Source of the DNA: an uncultured Rhodospirillales bacterium | Lineage (GTDB): Bacteria > Pseudomonadota > Alphaproteobacteria > Rhodospirillales > UBA2165 | Assembly: GCA_913055735.1 (NCBI GenBank) | Contig: CAJXKD010000001.1 | Location: forward strand, 1,453,099 to 1,517,098 | Length of the DNA stretch: 64,000 bases | Direction: 5' to 3' | Shown: in pieces, positions 1-10,796 of the stretch | Layout: every line of letters starts with the position of its first letter | Numbering within the stretch: position 1 is the stretch's first letter | Position numbers and translations under genes: made by a program | The notes under the pieces: model-generated | What the model was told of the DNA's origin: nothing | Databases searched by the model: none | Seen by the model: only the letters and a program-made list of their open reading frames with translations

Positions 1-17
1 AGTTGGCAACGGCATTT

Positions 18-2597
18 CTAAACGACAAAGTTGAGAATCCTATTCGGAACAAAAATGACTTTCCGGACTGATTTTCCCGACATGGCTTCGGCAACTTGCG
101 GAAGAACCTTCGCCGCCGCTTCGGCTTCAGATTGGCCGCCATCCCTCGGCAACTCGATGGTTCCCCGCATTTTGCCGCCAACCTGAACGGCAATAGTAAC
201 CGTTTCATCGATCAAAAGGGAAGGATCAGCCTCGGGCCACGGCGTATCGGCCAACAAGGTCGTTTGCCCAAGCTGGCGCCAAAGCTCTTCGGCTAGGTGT
301 GGCACCATAGGATTCATTAACTGCACGATGGTTTCGAGCCCCTCGCGCAATACCCATCCAGCCGCCGTAGCGTCTGACGGCGCAGTACCGTCGCCGACAA
401 AATCATAAAGCACGTTGGTCAACTCGCGGATACGCGCGACACCCCGGTTGAAGCCAAATTTCTCAAGATCGTCAGAGAGCGCCGCGATCGTTTTGTGCGT
501 TGCACGCCGCACCTCGAGTGCCGCGTCATCAAGTGCCGCTGGTGCAGGTGCGTTGGCGGCGGCCAAGTCAACCGCCGGATCTGTCACGAGGCGGTAGACC
601 CGATTGAGGTAGCGCCATGCGCCGTCGACGCCGGCATCCGTCCATTCCAAATCCCGTTCGGGCGGACTATCCGAAAGCATAAACCAGCGGGCAGTATCGG
701 CGCCGTAGGTCTCAATAATGGTTTCCGGATCGACGACGTTCCGCTTCGACTTGCTCATGGACTCCGAACGCCCGACACTTACCGGCTTGCCGGTTTCGAC
801 ATGTGTCGCCGTGCCGTCGGATTTCTTGTCGACTTCTTCCGGAAACAGCCAATGCCCATTGGGATCACGGTAGGTTTCGTGGCACACCATGCCCTGGGTA
901 AAGAGCCCGCTAAACGGTTCTTTCACCGAGAGGTAGCCGCATTTTTCCATAGCGCGTGTGAAGAAGCGGGCGTAGAGCAGGTGCAAAATCGCGTGTTCGA
1001 CGCCACCGATGTATTGATCAACCGGGAGCCAATAATCGACCGCTTCATCGACGGGCCGTTCCGACCTCGGCGAACAGAAGCGCGCAAAATACCATGATGA
1101 ATCGACGAACGTATCCATCGTGTCGGTATCGCGCTCCGCCGCCGCGCCGCATTTCGGACACAGAGTGTGTTTCCATGTGGGGTGGCGCACCAGGGGGTTG
1201 CCGGGCTTGTCGAAGGACACGTCCTCTGGAAGCAGAACCGGCAGCTGGTCCTCGGGAACCGGGACAACGCCGCATGCTTCGCAATGAATAACGGGAATGG
1301 GGCATCCCCAATACCGTTGCCGTGATATTCCCCAGTCTCGGAGGCGGTATTCGGTGACGCCAACGCCCGCATCGAGCTCTTCCAAACGGGCGATGGCCGC
1401 TGCCTTTGCTTCGGCAACCTTCAGTCCGTCCAGGAAGCGGGAGTTAAATGCCGTGCCGTCTCCTGTATAGGCTTCATCGCCGATTTCAACATCCGCGGGA
1501 TCGGTATCCGATGGAAGGACGACCGGGATCACCGGCAGATTATATTTGCGGGCGAAGTCCAGGTCTCGCTGGTCGTGTGCCGGGCAACCGAAAATGGCGC
1601 CGGCGCCATACTCCATCAAAACAAAGTTGGCGACGTAGACGGGCAGTTCCAGATCAGGATCGAATGGATGCGCGACTTTCAGACCGGTGTCGTATCCGAG
1701 CTTTTCGGCCGTTTCGATCGCCTCCTCGCTGGTTCCCAGACGGCCACACTCGGCGATGAAATCGGCCAAGTCGGAATTTGACGATGCGAGTTCAGCTGCC
1801 AACGGATGGTTTGGCGATAAGGCGCAGAACGAGGCGCCGAAAAGTGTATCCGGCCGGGTTGTGAAAACCTCGATACGGTCATCGCGGCCCCGGACCTTGA
1901 AATAGAACCTGGCACCTTCCGAGCGCCCGATCCAATTGGTCTGCATCAGACGGACTTTTTCCGGCCACCGGTCAAGCGCCGACAAGGCTTCCAAAAGGTC
2001 CTGAGCGTAGTCGGTAATCCGCAGAAACCACTGCGAGAGACGGCGCTTCTCGACGATCGCATTCGATCGCCAGCCGCGGCCGTCGATAACCTGTTCGTTG
2101 GCAAGGACCGTATGATCGACGGGATCCCAATTGACCCAAGATTCGCCGCGGTAAACAAGATCGGATTTCAGGAAATCGATGAACATCCGTTGTTGGTGGC
2201 GGTAATATTCCGGGTGGCAGGTGGCGATCTCCCGATCCCAATCGATGGATAGGCCCATGGATTGGAGCTGTCCCCGCATGGTGTCGATATTTTCGTATGT
2301 CCATTTCGCCGGATGAATGCCGCGCTCCATGGCAGCGTTTTCCGCCGGCAGCCCAAACGCATCCCATCCCATGGGGTGCAGCACATTGAATCCTTTGGCC
2401 TTCTTATAGCGCGCGACGACGTCTCCCATGGTGTAGTTTCGGACGTGGCCCATATGGATGCGGCCGGAGGGATAGGGAAACATCTCCAGGACGTAGTATT
2501 TAGGTCGCGCCGGATCCTCGCCGACGCGAAACGTTCCCCTTTTCCGCCATTCATCCTGCCAGCGGATCTCGGTTTCTTTGGGATTGTATCGCGCCAT
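18..2597 (-). CDS. leuS: leucine--tRNA ligase
   Basis: ORF 18..2681. Class I aaRS signatures are visible: [15 protein letters not shown] (HIGH region) and SMSKSKRN (KMSKS). Start trimmed to [10 protein letters not shown] (ATG 2595-2597), the usual LeuS N-terminus. Confidence 0.95.
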   Translation of the reverse strand: MARYNPKETEIRWQDEWRKRGTFRVGEDPARPKYYVLEMFPYPSGRIHMGHVRNYTMGDVVARYKKAKGFNVLHPMGWDAFGLPAENAAMERGIHPAKWTYENIDTMRGQLQSMGLSIDWDREIATCHPEYYRHQQRMFIDFLKSDLVYRGESWVNWDPVDHTVLANEQVIDGRGWRSNAIVEKRRLSQWFLRITDYAQDLLEALSALDRWPEKVRLMQTNWIGRSEGARFYFKVRGRDDRIEVFTTRPDTLFGASFCALSPNHPLAAELASSNSDLADFIAECGRLGTSEEAIETAEKLGYDTGLKVAHPFDPDLELPVYVANFVLMEYGAGAIFGCPAHDQRDLDFARKYNLPVIPVVLPSDTDPADVEIGDEAYTGDGTAFNSRFLDGLKVAEAKAAAIARLEELDAGVGVTEYRLRDWGISRQRYWGCPIPVIHCEACGVVPVPEDQLPVLLPEDVSFDKPGNPLVRHPTWKHTLCPKCGAAAERDTDTMDTFVDSSWYFARFCSPRSERPVDEAVDYWLPVDQYIGGVEHAILHLLYARFFTRAMEKCGYLSVKEPFSGLFTQGMVCHETYRDPNGHWLFPEEVDKKSDGTATHVETGKPVSVGRSESMSKSKRNVVDPETIIETYGADTARWFMLSDSPPERDLEWTDAGVDGAWRYLNRVYRLVTDPAVDLAAANAPAPAALDDAALEVRRATHKTIAALSDDLEKFGFNRGVARIRELTNVLYDFVGDGTAPSDATAAGWVLREGLETIVQLMNPMVPHLAEELWRQLGQTTLLADTPWPEADPSLLIDETVTIAVQVGGKMRGTIELPRDGGQSEAEAAAKVLPQVAEAMSGKSVRKVIFVPNRILNFVV

Positions 2598-2636
2598 GAG
2601 GCTGCCTCGGAGTATCACTGAATTGAGGGAGAGTTG

Positions 2637-2662
2637 GCTAAATAGCGCCGCTAAATAGCGCC
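2637..2662. repeat. perfect tandem direct repeat, 2 x 13 bp (GCTAAATAGCGCC), 40-65 nt upstream of the leuS start
   Basis: Read directly: 2637-2649 and 2650-2662 are identical. Confidence 0.9.
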
Positions 2663-2736
2663 TCTGGGGGAGGCTTGGCAAGCCATCCCTGATATTCAGT
2701 ATGAGGGTCGCGGAGAGCCGAAAGCGCGCAGGCGGT

Positions 2737-3282
2737 TCAGCGGCTTACGCTTTGATTCCGCAGTTGCCGCGCCCGCGTAAGGATGGCGTCCTCCAGTTTC
2801 CGGGACGATTCCTTTTGCACCTCGGCATTTTGCCATTCGCCGCTGGTGTTCTGTGTTTGCCGGAACAACGAAACACGCACACCATCCGCGCGTAGAACGC
2901 GATCAAGGATAAAGACATTGAGTTTAAACCGTTCCCCGGGGGCTTCCGGCAGCGAATACCAGTCAGTGATGATAACGCCGCCGAAGGGATCGGCAGAGCT
3001 TATGGGCCATACGGAAACGGTATCCAGTGTTGCCCGCCACAGGAATACATTGACCCCGATCCCGCTTCCGAGCCCCGTGTTCGTTTCTGCATTGTTGTTG
3101 CCGAACAGGCCCCCCGTCCCAAAAACGGTTTCCCGTTTCGACAAATCGACGATCTGGCCATCGATGATGATCTCGTCCGGATTCACCGGTTCGGTTTCGA
3201 CACTGTCACAAGCCGACACCGCCAAGACGGCAAATAACGCCGTCCCGATATAAACGGACCTTATCAGCGAAAACGTGTTCAT
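2737..3282 (-). CDS. small lipoprotein, DUF3576-like
   Basis: ORF 2737..3405 trimmed to [25 protein letters not shown] (signal peptide plus lipobox LAVSA|C). The family name is from memory of alphaproteobacterial leuS neighbourhoods. Confidence 0.6.
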   Translation of the reverse strand: MNTFSLIRSVYIGTALFAVLAVSACDSVETEPVNPDEIIIDGQIVDLSKRETVFGTGGLFGNNNAETNTGLGSGIGVNVFLWRATLDTVSVWPISSADPFGGVIITDWYSLPEAPGERFKLNVFILDRVLRADGVRVSLFRQTQNTSGEWQNAEVQKESSRKLEDAILTRARQLRNQSVSR

Positions 3283-3766
3283 TCGGATTTGAAACTCTTC
3301 CACATTTCTTGGGACGGGTCTGCGGCGTCTCACCAGGAAGGCCAGCGAAACCATTCTATTCCCATCATAGCGGGGCCGAATTGACGGTGCCAGCCAAACA
3401 ATCATCGACCAAAAAATTCTGTGGCAACAATCACACAGGGTGCGGCAAACCGGCCTCCAACATCCAATCGAAACACCGTTGTCACACCACCTTCATTTTC
3501 CTCTGATTTTCTGCCCAACGCCGCGGCTGTTGGACCGCACACCGACACGTAGTTCGGCATTGGCGGCAGGTTCGAGCGGGCTTCGATCGGGGCCTAGGCG
3601 AAATCTGGGCGAGAGCCGGGTTGAAATCATCGAGGAAAGGCCATTGGGAGGCCCCATTCAGGGAAACCTAGACGACCGTAGTGATATAGAAGATAGAACT
3701 CGATTCCACCCGGTGATCAGACCGACCGCACCCGCACAAACTCGATATCGTTAGGAGCAAAAACAG

Positions 3767-4888
3767 ATGAAAAACTATCTCAGCACGACGACGGCCTTGG
3801 CCGCCGCGGGAACGGTGGTCTTGGCGAGTTCTGTTGCCATGGCGCAGAGCGCTCCCGAGAAGATCAAGCTTGGTCTCGCCGGGTCGTTCAAGTCGACCAT
3901 CGGTTATGCCGAGCAGGAGGGCGCGTTTGAGGATGCTGTCAACGCGCATTACGGCACCATCAATATGGAGAATGACTCCGAGGTCCATTTTAAGGGCAGC
4001 ACCAGCCTGGACAACGGTATGCGCGTGGATGTGATCGTTCAGTTGGAAACGGATCAGGCCAGTGCCAATACCGGATCGGTAATTGATGAAACCTACCTCA
4101 AGTTGACCGGCGGTTTCGGTGACCTTCGGTTGGGCTCGACCCATGCGGCGACCAACAAGCTCGCCAATACGGTCCCGCAATCGGGCATGAAGGATATCGA
4201 TGGTGACGACTATCAGGACTATGTCGTCAATCCGACCGGTACCGATATGCAGGACGACAACATCGGCACCAGCGACCATATGAAGATCGTGTATTTCACG
4301 CCGAAGTTCAATGGCTTCCAAGCGGGCGCAACCTACACGCCGTCAACATCCAACAGCGATTCGCCGCCGATCACAGGCGGCGCGTCCAGCGGTACGTCCG
4401 CCGACCAATACTGGTTCGATTTTGGGCTCGCCTACAGCAATACGTTCGGTGACGTGTCGTTGGATGCCGACGTCAGCACCTGGCGCAAAGGCGGCAGCGT
4501 CGATCAGGAGGGTTACCGGTTCGGTGCCGTCGTCGGTATGGCCGGGTTCACGGTTGGCGGTACTTATGCTGATGTCGAGAACGAAATCGATGGCATTACG
4601 TCCACGACCGCTGTGAGCGACTATGAAGTTTATGGTGCGGGCGTCACCTATGCGTCTGGACCTTGGGAAGTAGGCGTTTCCTACTACCACTCGAAAACGC
4701 CCCTGCAGGCATCCGTAGCAGGTGCCGACGAGGCGACACACATTAAGGTCGCCGGGACCTATGATATCGGCCCGGGGGTCCAGGTTGGTGCGGACATCGT
4801 TTCTGCCGAGTACGAAGACGAAACGACGGCGGCGGGGTCGAACAACGAAGGCTGGGCGGTCATCGCCGGCATCAAGGTTAGCTTCTGA
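3767..4888 (+). CDS. outer-membrane porin, paralogue 1 of 3
   Basis: 373 aa. Signal peptide ends AMA|QSAPEK, and the C-terminus is ...GIKVSF (aromatic OM beta-barrel terminus). RBS is TTAGGAG, and the gene has its own terminator. Confidence 0.85.
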   Translation: MKNYLSTTTALAAAGTVVLASSVAMAQSAPEKIKLGLAGSFKSTIGYAEQEGAFEDAVNAHYGTINMENDSEVHFKGSTSLDNGMRVDVIVQLETDQASANTGSVIDETYLKLTGGFGDLRLGSTHAATNKLANTVPQSGMKDIDGDDYQDYVVNPTGTDMQDDNIGTSDHMKIVYFTPKFNGFQAGATYTPSTSNSDSPPITGGASSGTSADQYWFDFGLAYSNTFGDVSLDADVSTWRKGGSVDQEGYRFGAVVGMAGFTVGGTYADVENEIDGITSTTAVSDYEVYGAGVTYASGPWEVGVSYYHSKTPLQASVAGADEATHIKVAGTYDIGPGVQVGADIVSAEYEDETTAAGSNNEGWAVIAGIKVSF

Positions 4889-4918
4889 TCCGACCGTAGT
4901 TTTAATTTCTCTCCGTGG

Positions 4919-4950
4919 ACGGGCGGCTCTTGGGCCGCCCGTTTCTTTTG
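4919..4950 (+). terminator. rho-independent terminator of porin 1
   Basis: ACGGGCGGC-tcttgg-GCCGCCCGT followed by TTCTTTTGT. Confidence 0.8.
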
Positions 4951-5208
4951 TCAGGGGCGCGCATTCGCATCGGCGTTTTTTTGTGACAAAATGATCGTTG
5001 CAAGAATACAACAAGTATAAACTTCGTTTTTGTTGCGCGGCGAACCCGCTTGACCGGTGTTAGATGTCATGGCTTTATCACAATACATTGCTCATTTTCT
5101 GTGCATGCGGCGCGTTGAATCTATGTTGCCTAAATATAGGTCAATTTGACAGAGAGCAGTGGCCGACCGGAGGACGCGACATCTACTAGGATCGTCAGGA
5201 GAAACAAA

Positions 5209-6330
5209 ATGAAGAATATCCTCAAATCAACGACCGTGTTGGCGGCGGCAGGGTTGATCGCTCTGTCCGGTGCTGATGCATCGGCGCAAAGCGCCCCCGA
5301 AAAACTCAAGCTCAGTCTCGGCGGCTTCTTTGGTTCCTGGGTGGGGTATGCCGAGAATGACAGTTCATTCGAGAACGCCGTCAATGCGCATTACGGCTCC
5401 ATCAACATGGAAAACGACTCGGAAGTCTTTTTCGTTGGCGATACGACGCTCGACAACGGGATCAACGTTTCGGTCGTGGTCGAGCTCGAAACGGACCAGG
5501 CAAATGCCAATACCGGCAGCGTCTTGGATGAAACCTATCTCAAACTTTCCGGTAGCTTCGGCTCTCTCTTGGCAGGTTCAACCGTCGCCGCCGGTGACGC
5601 CTTGGCCAATTTCGCGCCGTCCGCGGGCGTGCTTGGCCATAACGGCGACGATTTTAGTGAATATGTCATCAACCCAACGGGTACCGGTACGCCGGATGTG
5701 GAGATCGGCGACGATACTTCGATGAAGTTGGTGTACTACACGCCGACCTTTAGTGGTTTCCAGGCTGGTGTGACCTACGTCCCGTCGACCAGTAACAGCG
5801 ATACGCCCCCCATAACGGGCGGTGCGGCCAGCGGCACGACGGCTGAGGAATCTTGGGCAGACATCGCCCTTGCCTACAGCGGCACGGCCGGCGCCGTCGA
5901 TTTCAGCGCCGATGCCGGTTACTGGGTAAAGGGTGGTTCGACCGATCAGGAAGGTTATCGTGTTGGCGCCAACGTGGTCTTCTCAGGCTTCACGGTCGGT
6001 GGTGCCTATGCCGATGTCGACAATGAAATCGGTAATATCACCTCTGCCACATCGGTTAGCGACTACAAAGCCTATGACCTTGGTGTGAGCTATGAAACGG
6101 GTCCGTGGGTTGTGGCCTTGTCCTACTACCACACGGAATCGCCGCTTTCGTCCGCCACGGCCGGTGACGACGAGACCACCCACTACATGGTCAGCGGTAC
6201 CTATGCGATTGGGCCTGGTGTTTCGCTTGGCGCCAATATCTTCATGGCCGAGTACGACGATGAAACCACCGCTGCCGCGTCAAACAACGAAGGTTGGGGC
6301 GTCGTTGGCGGAATTATGGTGGAGTTCTAA
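5209..6330 (+). CDS. outer-membrane porin, paralogue 2 of 3
   Basis: ORF 5146..6330 trimmed to ATG 5209 (MKNILKSTTVLAAAGL...ADASA|QSAPEK) behind RBS TCAGGAG. C-terminus is GGIMVEF. Long blocks are shared with paralogues 1 and 3. Confidence 0.85.
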   Translation: MKNILKSTTVLAAAGLIALSGADASAQSAPEKLKLSLGGFFGSWVGYAENDSSFENAVNAHYGSINMENDSEVFFVGDTTLDNGINVSVVVELETDQANANTGSVLDETYLKLSGSFGSLLAGSTVAAGDALANFAPSAGVLGHNGDDFSEYVINPTGTGTPDVEIGDDTSMKLVYYTPTFSGFQAGVTYVPSTSNSDTPPITGGAASGTTAEESWADIALAYSGTAGAVDFSADAGYWVKGGSTDQEGYRVGANVVFSGFTVGGAYADVDNEIGNITSATSVSDYKAYDLGVSYETGPWVVALSYYHTESPLSSATAGDDETTHYMVSGTYAIGPGVSLGANIFMAEYDDETTAAASNNEGWGVVGGIMVEF

Positions 6331-6360
6331 GTCGGCAAACGACGCCATAAACGTTGAATT

Positions 6361-6394
6361 TCGGGCGGTCTTCGGGCCGCCCGATTTCTTTTTC
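6361..6394 (+). terminator. rho-independent terminator of porin 2
   Basis: TCGGGCGG-tcttcggg-CCGCCCGA followed by TTTCTTTTTC. Confidence 0.8.
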
Positions 6395-6688
6395 AAATGC
6401 AGTGCGCGGTTATTAACCAGCCGAAACAATCATTTGCCAATGGATCGCCATCGTCCGGAAGCAGACAAAACGCGCGTGGCATTTTGGAACCAGGGTGGAA
6501 AAAACAATACGAAATCCGCCGGGCTCAGTTGTTGCAATAACGCCACATCTTGGAAATTATGACACAGCAACGATACCAGTCCCCTTGACCGTTCGGGGGC
6601 TTAGTTGTCATATATTTACCACTTAAATTCTTCAGCCTGAATTCGGGCAGTCCTGCCCGTGGGATGAGGGATCGTTAGGAGGAGTAGC

Positions 6689-7822
6689 ATGAAGAAAACC
6701 CTTTATTCGACAACGGCTTTGGCCGCCGCGGGCTTGTTTGCGCTCACGGGGACTGACGCCGCTGCCCAAAATGCCCCCGAGAAAATTTCTCTTGGTCTCG
6801 GTGGTTTCATGAAAAGCTGGGTGTCCTACAGTGAGCAGGAATCCGCTTTCGAAGATGCCAACAATGCTCACTATGGCTCGATGAACATCATCAACGACTC
6901 GGAAGTTTACTTCCGTGGTAACACCACGCTCGACAATGGCGTGCGCGTTGACGTTGTTGTCCAGCTTGAAACCGATCAGGCTCGCGCCAACAGCGGTTCC
7001 GTGATCGACGAAACCTACCTGAAATTGACCGGTGGTTTCGGTGATCTGCGTATGGGTTCGACGAAAGGCGCCAGCTTCGTTCTGGGAAAGAATGCGCCGA
7101 TCAACGGTATCATTCACTCGTATAACCCTGACACGCTGAACTTCGTCATCAACCCGAACGGTCAAGCCTTCTTTACGGCGGCGGTCGACATCGGTGCCGG
7201 CGATCACATGAAAATCGCCTACTTCACGCCGAAGATGAGCGGTTTCCAGGCCGGTGTGACCTACGTTCCGTCGACCAGCAACTCCGACACTCCGGCGATT
7301 TCGGGTGGCGCGGCCAGCGGTACCAGCGCGGAAACGTCCCTGGCCGACTTGGCCATCACCTATGACGGAAACTTCGGCGATGCCAGCGTTGGCGTCACGG
7401 GTGCTGTGTGGAAGTCCGATGGGTCCGGTACGAGCGATTACACCGGTTACAGCATCGGTGCGAAGGTCGGTTTCGCCGGTTTCACCATCGGTGGCCGCTG
7501 GGGTGAGCATGACGACGACCAAGGCAACGTCACGACCGGTTCGAGCATTGCCGATCAGGAATCCTACAACCTCGGCGTAAGCTACAAGACCGGCGCTTGG
7601 ACGGTCGGTGCGTCCGTGGGCCACCGGGAAGCTCCTGTTACTGAGGGCTCGACCCGCGATGATTCCAGCACGGTCTACTCCGTTGGTGCCAAGTACAACA
7701 TTGGCCCGGGCGTCGACGTCGGTGGTAACATCCTCATGGCCGAATATGAGGACACGACCACGGCGGCGGGCTCCAACAACGAAGGTTGGGCTGTTGTTGC
7801 CGGTGTCAACGTTGCGTTCTAA
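6689..7822 (+). CDS. outer-membrane porin, paralogue 3 of 3
   Basis: 377 aa. Signal peptide is ...TDAAA|QNAPEK, C-terminus is AGVNVAF, and RBS is TTAGGAGG. Confidence 0.85.
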   Translation: MKKTLYSTTALAAAGLFALTGTDAAAQNAPEKISLGLGGFMKSWVSYSEQESAFEDANNAHYGSMNIINDSEVYFRGNTTLDNGVRVDVVVQLETDQARANSGSVIDETYLKLTGGFGDLRMGSTKGASFVLGKNAPINGIIHSYNPDTLNFVINPNGQAFFTAAVDIGAGDHMKIAYFTPKMSGFQAGVTYVPSTSNSDTPAISGGAASGTSAETSLADLAITYDGNFGDASVGVTGAVWKSDGSGTSDYTGYSIGAKVGFAGFTIGGRWGEHDDDQGNVTTGSSIADQESYNLGVSYKTGAWTVGASVGHREAPVTEGSTRDDSSTVYSVGAKYNIGPGVDVGGNILMAEYEDTTTAAGSNNEGWAVVAGVNVAF

Positions 7823-7852
7823 GTTCGCTTAGAAACAAACGTTTCGGTTTGA

Positions 7853-7885
7853 GGGAGCGGCTTTCGGGCCGCTCCCTTTCTATTT
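7853..7885 (+). terminator. rho-independent terminator of porin 3
   Basis: GGGAGCGGC-tttcgg-GCCGCTCCC followed by TTTCTATTT. Confidence 0.8.
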
Positions 7886-7910
7886 GGGGTAAGGTGTGGC
7901 CTGGTTGGCT

Positions 7911-8519
7911 TCAGGAAATGCCGGAAATTCCAGCGATGCCGGTAAAAGCGGTTCCGAAAAGCCGGCGGCCATTACGGGTGCCGATCCCGCCCAGCGCATA
8001 AACAGATACATCACTATCCTTGGCCCAGGCCGTCGTGCGTAAAATGCCGAGAGGTTGTGCTTTGGGATGGCTTGCGGTCGCAAATATGGGTGAGAGGAAA
8101 ACGGCATCTGCGCCAATATCCTTGGCGCGGTTTAGCTCTCTCGGATTATGGGCCGCGGCTGTGACAAGAAAGCCGGGCCGGCGTTGGATCGGGAGGGCCA
8201 TTGGCCCAATCCGTCGAACCATCCAGGCAGGCAGATGCGTCCCGTCCGCGCCGATTTTTGCGGCCAGCCGCCAGTTTCCCGCGATCAACAGCTTCAGATG
8301 GCGTCTCCGGCACAGTCGCAACAAGGCGATGGCCAAGTCTTCACGCCGCGGATCGTTGTAGTGACGGAACAAAATACCGCTGCCCCTTGGGAGTCTTTTG
8401 GCTGAAGGGAAAGGATCCGGCAAACGATGCTCGTCCGTGATCAGGACGATCGGCGGTAAATCCTTGTGTGGCGCCGCACTCAAATTGAGCCGGCGGGCGA
8501 TGTTTGCTAGGGTCGTCAC
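7911..8519 (-). CDS. thiamine-phosphate synthase (ThiE/TenI) family protein
   Basis: 202 aa. The TIM-barrel phosphate-binding pattern resembles ThiE/TenI (...ADGTHLP..., ...VYALGGIG...). The family call comes from motif reading only. Confidence 0.6.
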   Translation of the reverse strand: MTTLANIARRLNLSAAPHKDLPPIVLITDEHRLPDPFPSAKRLPRGSGILFRHYNDPRREDLAIALLRLCRRRHLKLLIAGNWRLAAKIGADGTHLPAWMVRRIGPMALPIQRRPGFLVTAAAHNPRELNRAKDIGADAVFLSPIFATASHPKAQPLGILRTTAWAKDSDVSVYALGGIGTRNGRRLFGTAFTGIAGISGIS

Positions 8520-8550
8520 GGTTCAGTCTTATCAGAAAATCAGACCCGTA

Positions 8551-9270
8551 ATGTTGTCATCCGCACAGATCGCCGACAACTTGAAATCCGTCCACATGCA
8601 GATAGCGGAGGCGGCCGATGAGGGCGGGCGCACACCTGGCGATATCACCCTCGTCGCCGTGTCCAAAACCCATGGACCCGACGCGGTATTGGCGGCGATC
8701 GATGCCGGCCAGCGGGTGTTCGGTGAAAACCGGGTGCAAGAGGCGCAGACGAAATGGCCCGGCATCAAAGAAACCCATCCGGACGTCAAGCTGCACCTGA
8801 TTGGCCCACTGCAACGCAACAAGGCCCGGCAAGCACTTGACTTGTTCGACGTGATCGAAACGATCGACCGCCCCAAGCTCGCTGCTGCCCTAGCGCGCCT
8901 GATGGATGAAACCGGGCACCGCCCCGAATGTTTCATCGAGATCAATACCGGCGAAGAACCCCAGAAATCAGGTATTTTGCCAGCCGATGCGGATTCCTTT
9001 ATTCGGACGTGCCGCGAGGACTATCAGTTGCCGGTCACCGGCCTAATGTGTATCCCCCCTGTCGACGAAGAACCGTCACTGCATTTCGCGCTGCTGCGGA
9101 ATATCGCCGAGCGAAACGGTCTCGCAAAGCTTAGCATGGGGATGAGTGCCGACTTCGATGTCGCCATTCGATTTGGTGCAACATTGGTTCGTGTGGGAAC
9201 GGCGATTTTCGGCCCGCGCGGCACCTGGCCCGGCACTGCCGACGCTACGTCTCCGGCGTCTCAGGGTTAA
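8551..9270 (+). CDS. yggS: YggS-family pyridoxal-phosphate homeostasis protein
   Basis: ORF 8398..9270 trimmed to MLSSAQIADNL (ATG 8551). Motifs LVAVSKTHG (PLP lysine), FGENRVQE and LHLIGPLQRNK are present. Confidence 0.85.
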   Translation: MLSSAQIADNLKSVHMQIAEAADEGGRTPGDITLVAVSKTHGPDAVLAAIDAGQRVFGENRVQEAQTKWPGIKETHPDVKLHLIGPLQRNKARQALDLFDVIETIDRPKLAAALARLMDETGHRPECFIEINTGEEPQKSGILPADADSFIRTCREDYQLPVTGLMCIPPVDEEPSLHFALLRNIAERNGLAKLSMGMSADFDVAIRFGATLVRVGTAIFGPRGTWPGTADATSPASQG

Positions 9271-9769
9271 TCCGCAGCCAAGTTTCCGGATCGCATGCCG
9301 CGAGGACGGATCTCAGATCGTCGATCTCCAACGCGACACACCCCTCGGTTGGCACATAGCCCTCTTTGGCGATGTGCATAAAGATGGCGCTGCCTTTTCC
9401 GGGTTCCACAGGGTCGTCGTTGTAGCCGACAACGGCGATGATGTCGTAGACGTCGTCATCCCGCCAAAGCGTTTCGCAAGATGCTGGATGCGGCAACGTG
9501 ACCAGCTGATTGTAGTCCTGGTGTTCTGGGTCGTCGCACCAGCCCGCGGCCTTGTCGATTGCAGATAGCGGGAGGGCGGTTTTCGGCGCGCTGACTTTGT
9601 CGGCCCGAAAAAAAACACGCCGCAGCTGAAAACGACCGATCGGTGTCGCGCCATCCCCTTCGTGCTTTGTCTTCGAAACCCCACCTCGACCGAGAACACA
9701 TCGGAACGTTTGCGCACCACAGGACAAACGTGCGGGTGGATCAACGACGATTTCGGAACAGGACGCCAT
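9245..9769 (-). CDS. L,D-transpeptidase (YkuD) family protein
   Basis: 174 aa with a catalytic-type motif, SAIFMHIA...PTEGCVAL (His...Cys). Its 3' end overlaps yggS convergently by 26 nt. Confidence 0.65.
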   Translation of the reverse strand: MASCSEIVVDPPARLSCGAQTFRCVLGRGGVSKTKHEGDGATPIGRFQLRRVFFRADKVSAPKTALPLSAIDKAAGWCDDPEHQDYNQLVTLPHPASCETLWRDDDVYDIIAVVGYNDDPVEPGKGSAIFMHIAKEGYVPTEGCVALEIDDLRSVLAACDPETWLRINPETPET

Positions 9770-9824
9770 GATCGCACTGTACCCTGCGGAAGGGTTGTGC
9801 CCAAGAACTCACGCGATCGACCAC

Positions 9825-10796
9825 CTACCGAATTGTCGACACGGAGGAATTTTCGCCATCTGTCTGCAGGCGTGCGGTCGTCTCGTATTTATCGAGGGCG
9901 CGCATCATGGCATTGAAAATCCAGCCGTTTTCAATTTCAACAGGGGTCTCAGTGCTTCCGCCCGATGGAGGCCGGTTCACCGGCGCGGATGCCGGCGCGG
10001 CCGAAATGGAATCCGTTGGCATCTCATCGTTCATCGCGGCGCCACTTGACGCGCCTTCTAGTAGCGCCGGGGACGTCGTTCGTTCCGGACTCAGGGCTTC
10101 CAGGTCCGGACGTGCTGCTGGCCTGTATCGGGCAGTGTTCGCTCTATAAAATGAATCGATCGCCGTGGTGCCGTCGGCAAGCGCGTAGGGACTTTGGCGG
10201 GCGACGGGAATTGCGGCCATACCGGCCGTATCGAAAGCTGCCGTCTCCTTCGATATAGTATTTCGTGAATTGCGATCCTGAGCGCGGGCGAATCCGATTT
10301 CTTGTGAAATGGATCCCGTTTCCGCTCGGCGTTCCGGCGCGGCAGTTTGATTGTCCAGGGGGCGTCGCGTCTCCGTTACTGACGCGACTTGAACCGGTGC
10401 TCCTGTTTCCTCACCGGTGAAGAACGCAACGACATGTTCGCCCAGATCTTTTCCCGACGAATGCTCTACCATGACGTTAGCGGTCGAAAGGGCGGCGCCG
10501 ATGGGGCCGCCGAATAAGGTGCCACCTAGAATGCGCGCGCCGGGATCGATCTCATCTCCCGTTAGGGAGCGGTAGAGCGTCGAGACGACGGGTATGTGCT
10601 GGAGGGGGTTGATGACGTCCAAGAAATCCCAGAAGGAAAATCCGTCCTCCCCGAACATCTTGATTTCCTGCCGAGGCGTCGATCCGTTCTTCGCGGGATC
10701 GCCGGGAACAGCAAGCACCTGCTGAGCCGTGGATACGACTTCCGAAACCATGATTATTTCCCGTTCCTTTGGATTTTCCTTTCCGGAGCAATCCAT
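9825..10796 (-). CDS. hypothetical protein (conserved-looking core FGEDGFSFWDFLDVINPLQHIPVVS)
   Basis: Long ORF with coding-like composition and no recognisable domain. An alternative start is MVSEVV at 10751. Confidence 0.5.
   Translation of the reverse strand: MDCSGKENPKEREIIMVSEVVSTAQQVLAVPGDPAKNGSTPRQEIKMFGEDGFSFWDFLDVINPLQHIPVVSTLYRSLTGDEIDPGARILGGTLFGGPIGAALSTANVMVEHSSGKDLGEHVVAFFTGEETGAPVQVASVTETRRPLDNQTAAPERRAETGSISQEIGFARAQDRNSRNTISKETAAFDTAGMAAIPVARQSPYALADGTTAIDSFYRANTARYRPAARPDLEALSPERTTSPALLEGASSGAAMNDEMPTDSISAAPASAPVNRPPSGGSTETPVEIENGWIFNAMMRALDKYETTARLQTDGENSSVSTIR

Noticed and set aside
1-15. ATG at 13-15 (minus strand), 2 nt after the leuS stop. It is probably the start of the next gene (lptE by usual synteny).
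   Set aside because: Only five codons lie inside the window, too few to support a call.
3668-7624. Several 200-330-aa minus-strand ORFs (3668..4321, 4343..5014, 6632..7624) and internal plus-frame ORFs within the porin genes.
   Set aside because: All overlap the three porin genes, which have signal peptides, C-terminal Phe, RBSs and terminators. The alternatives have none of these.
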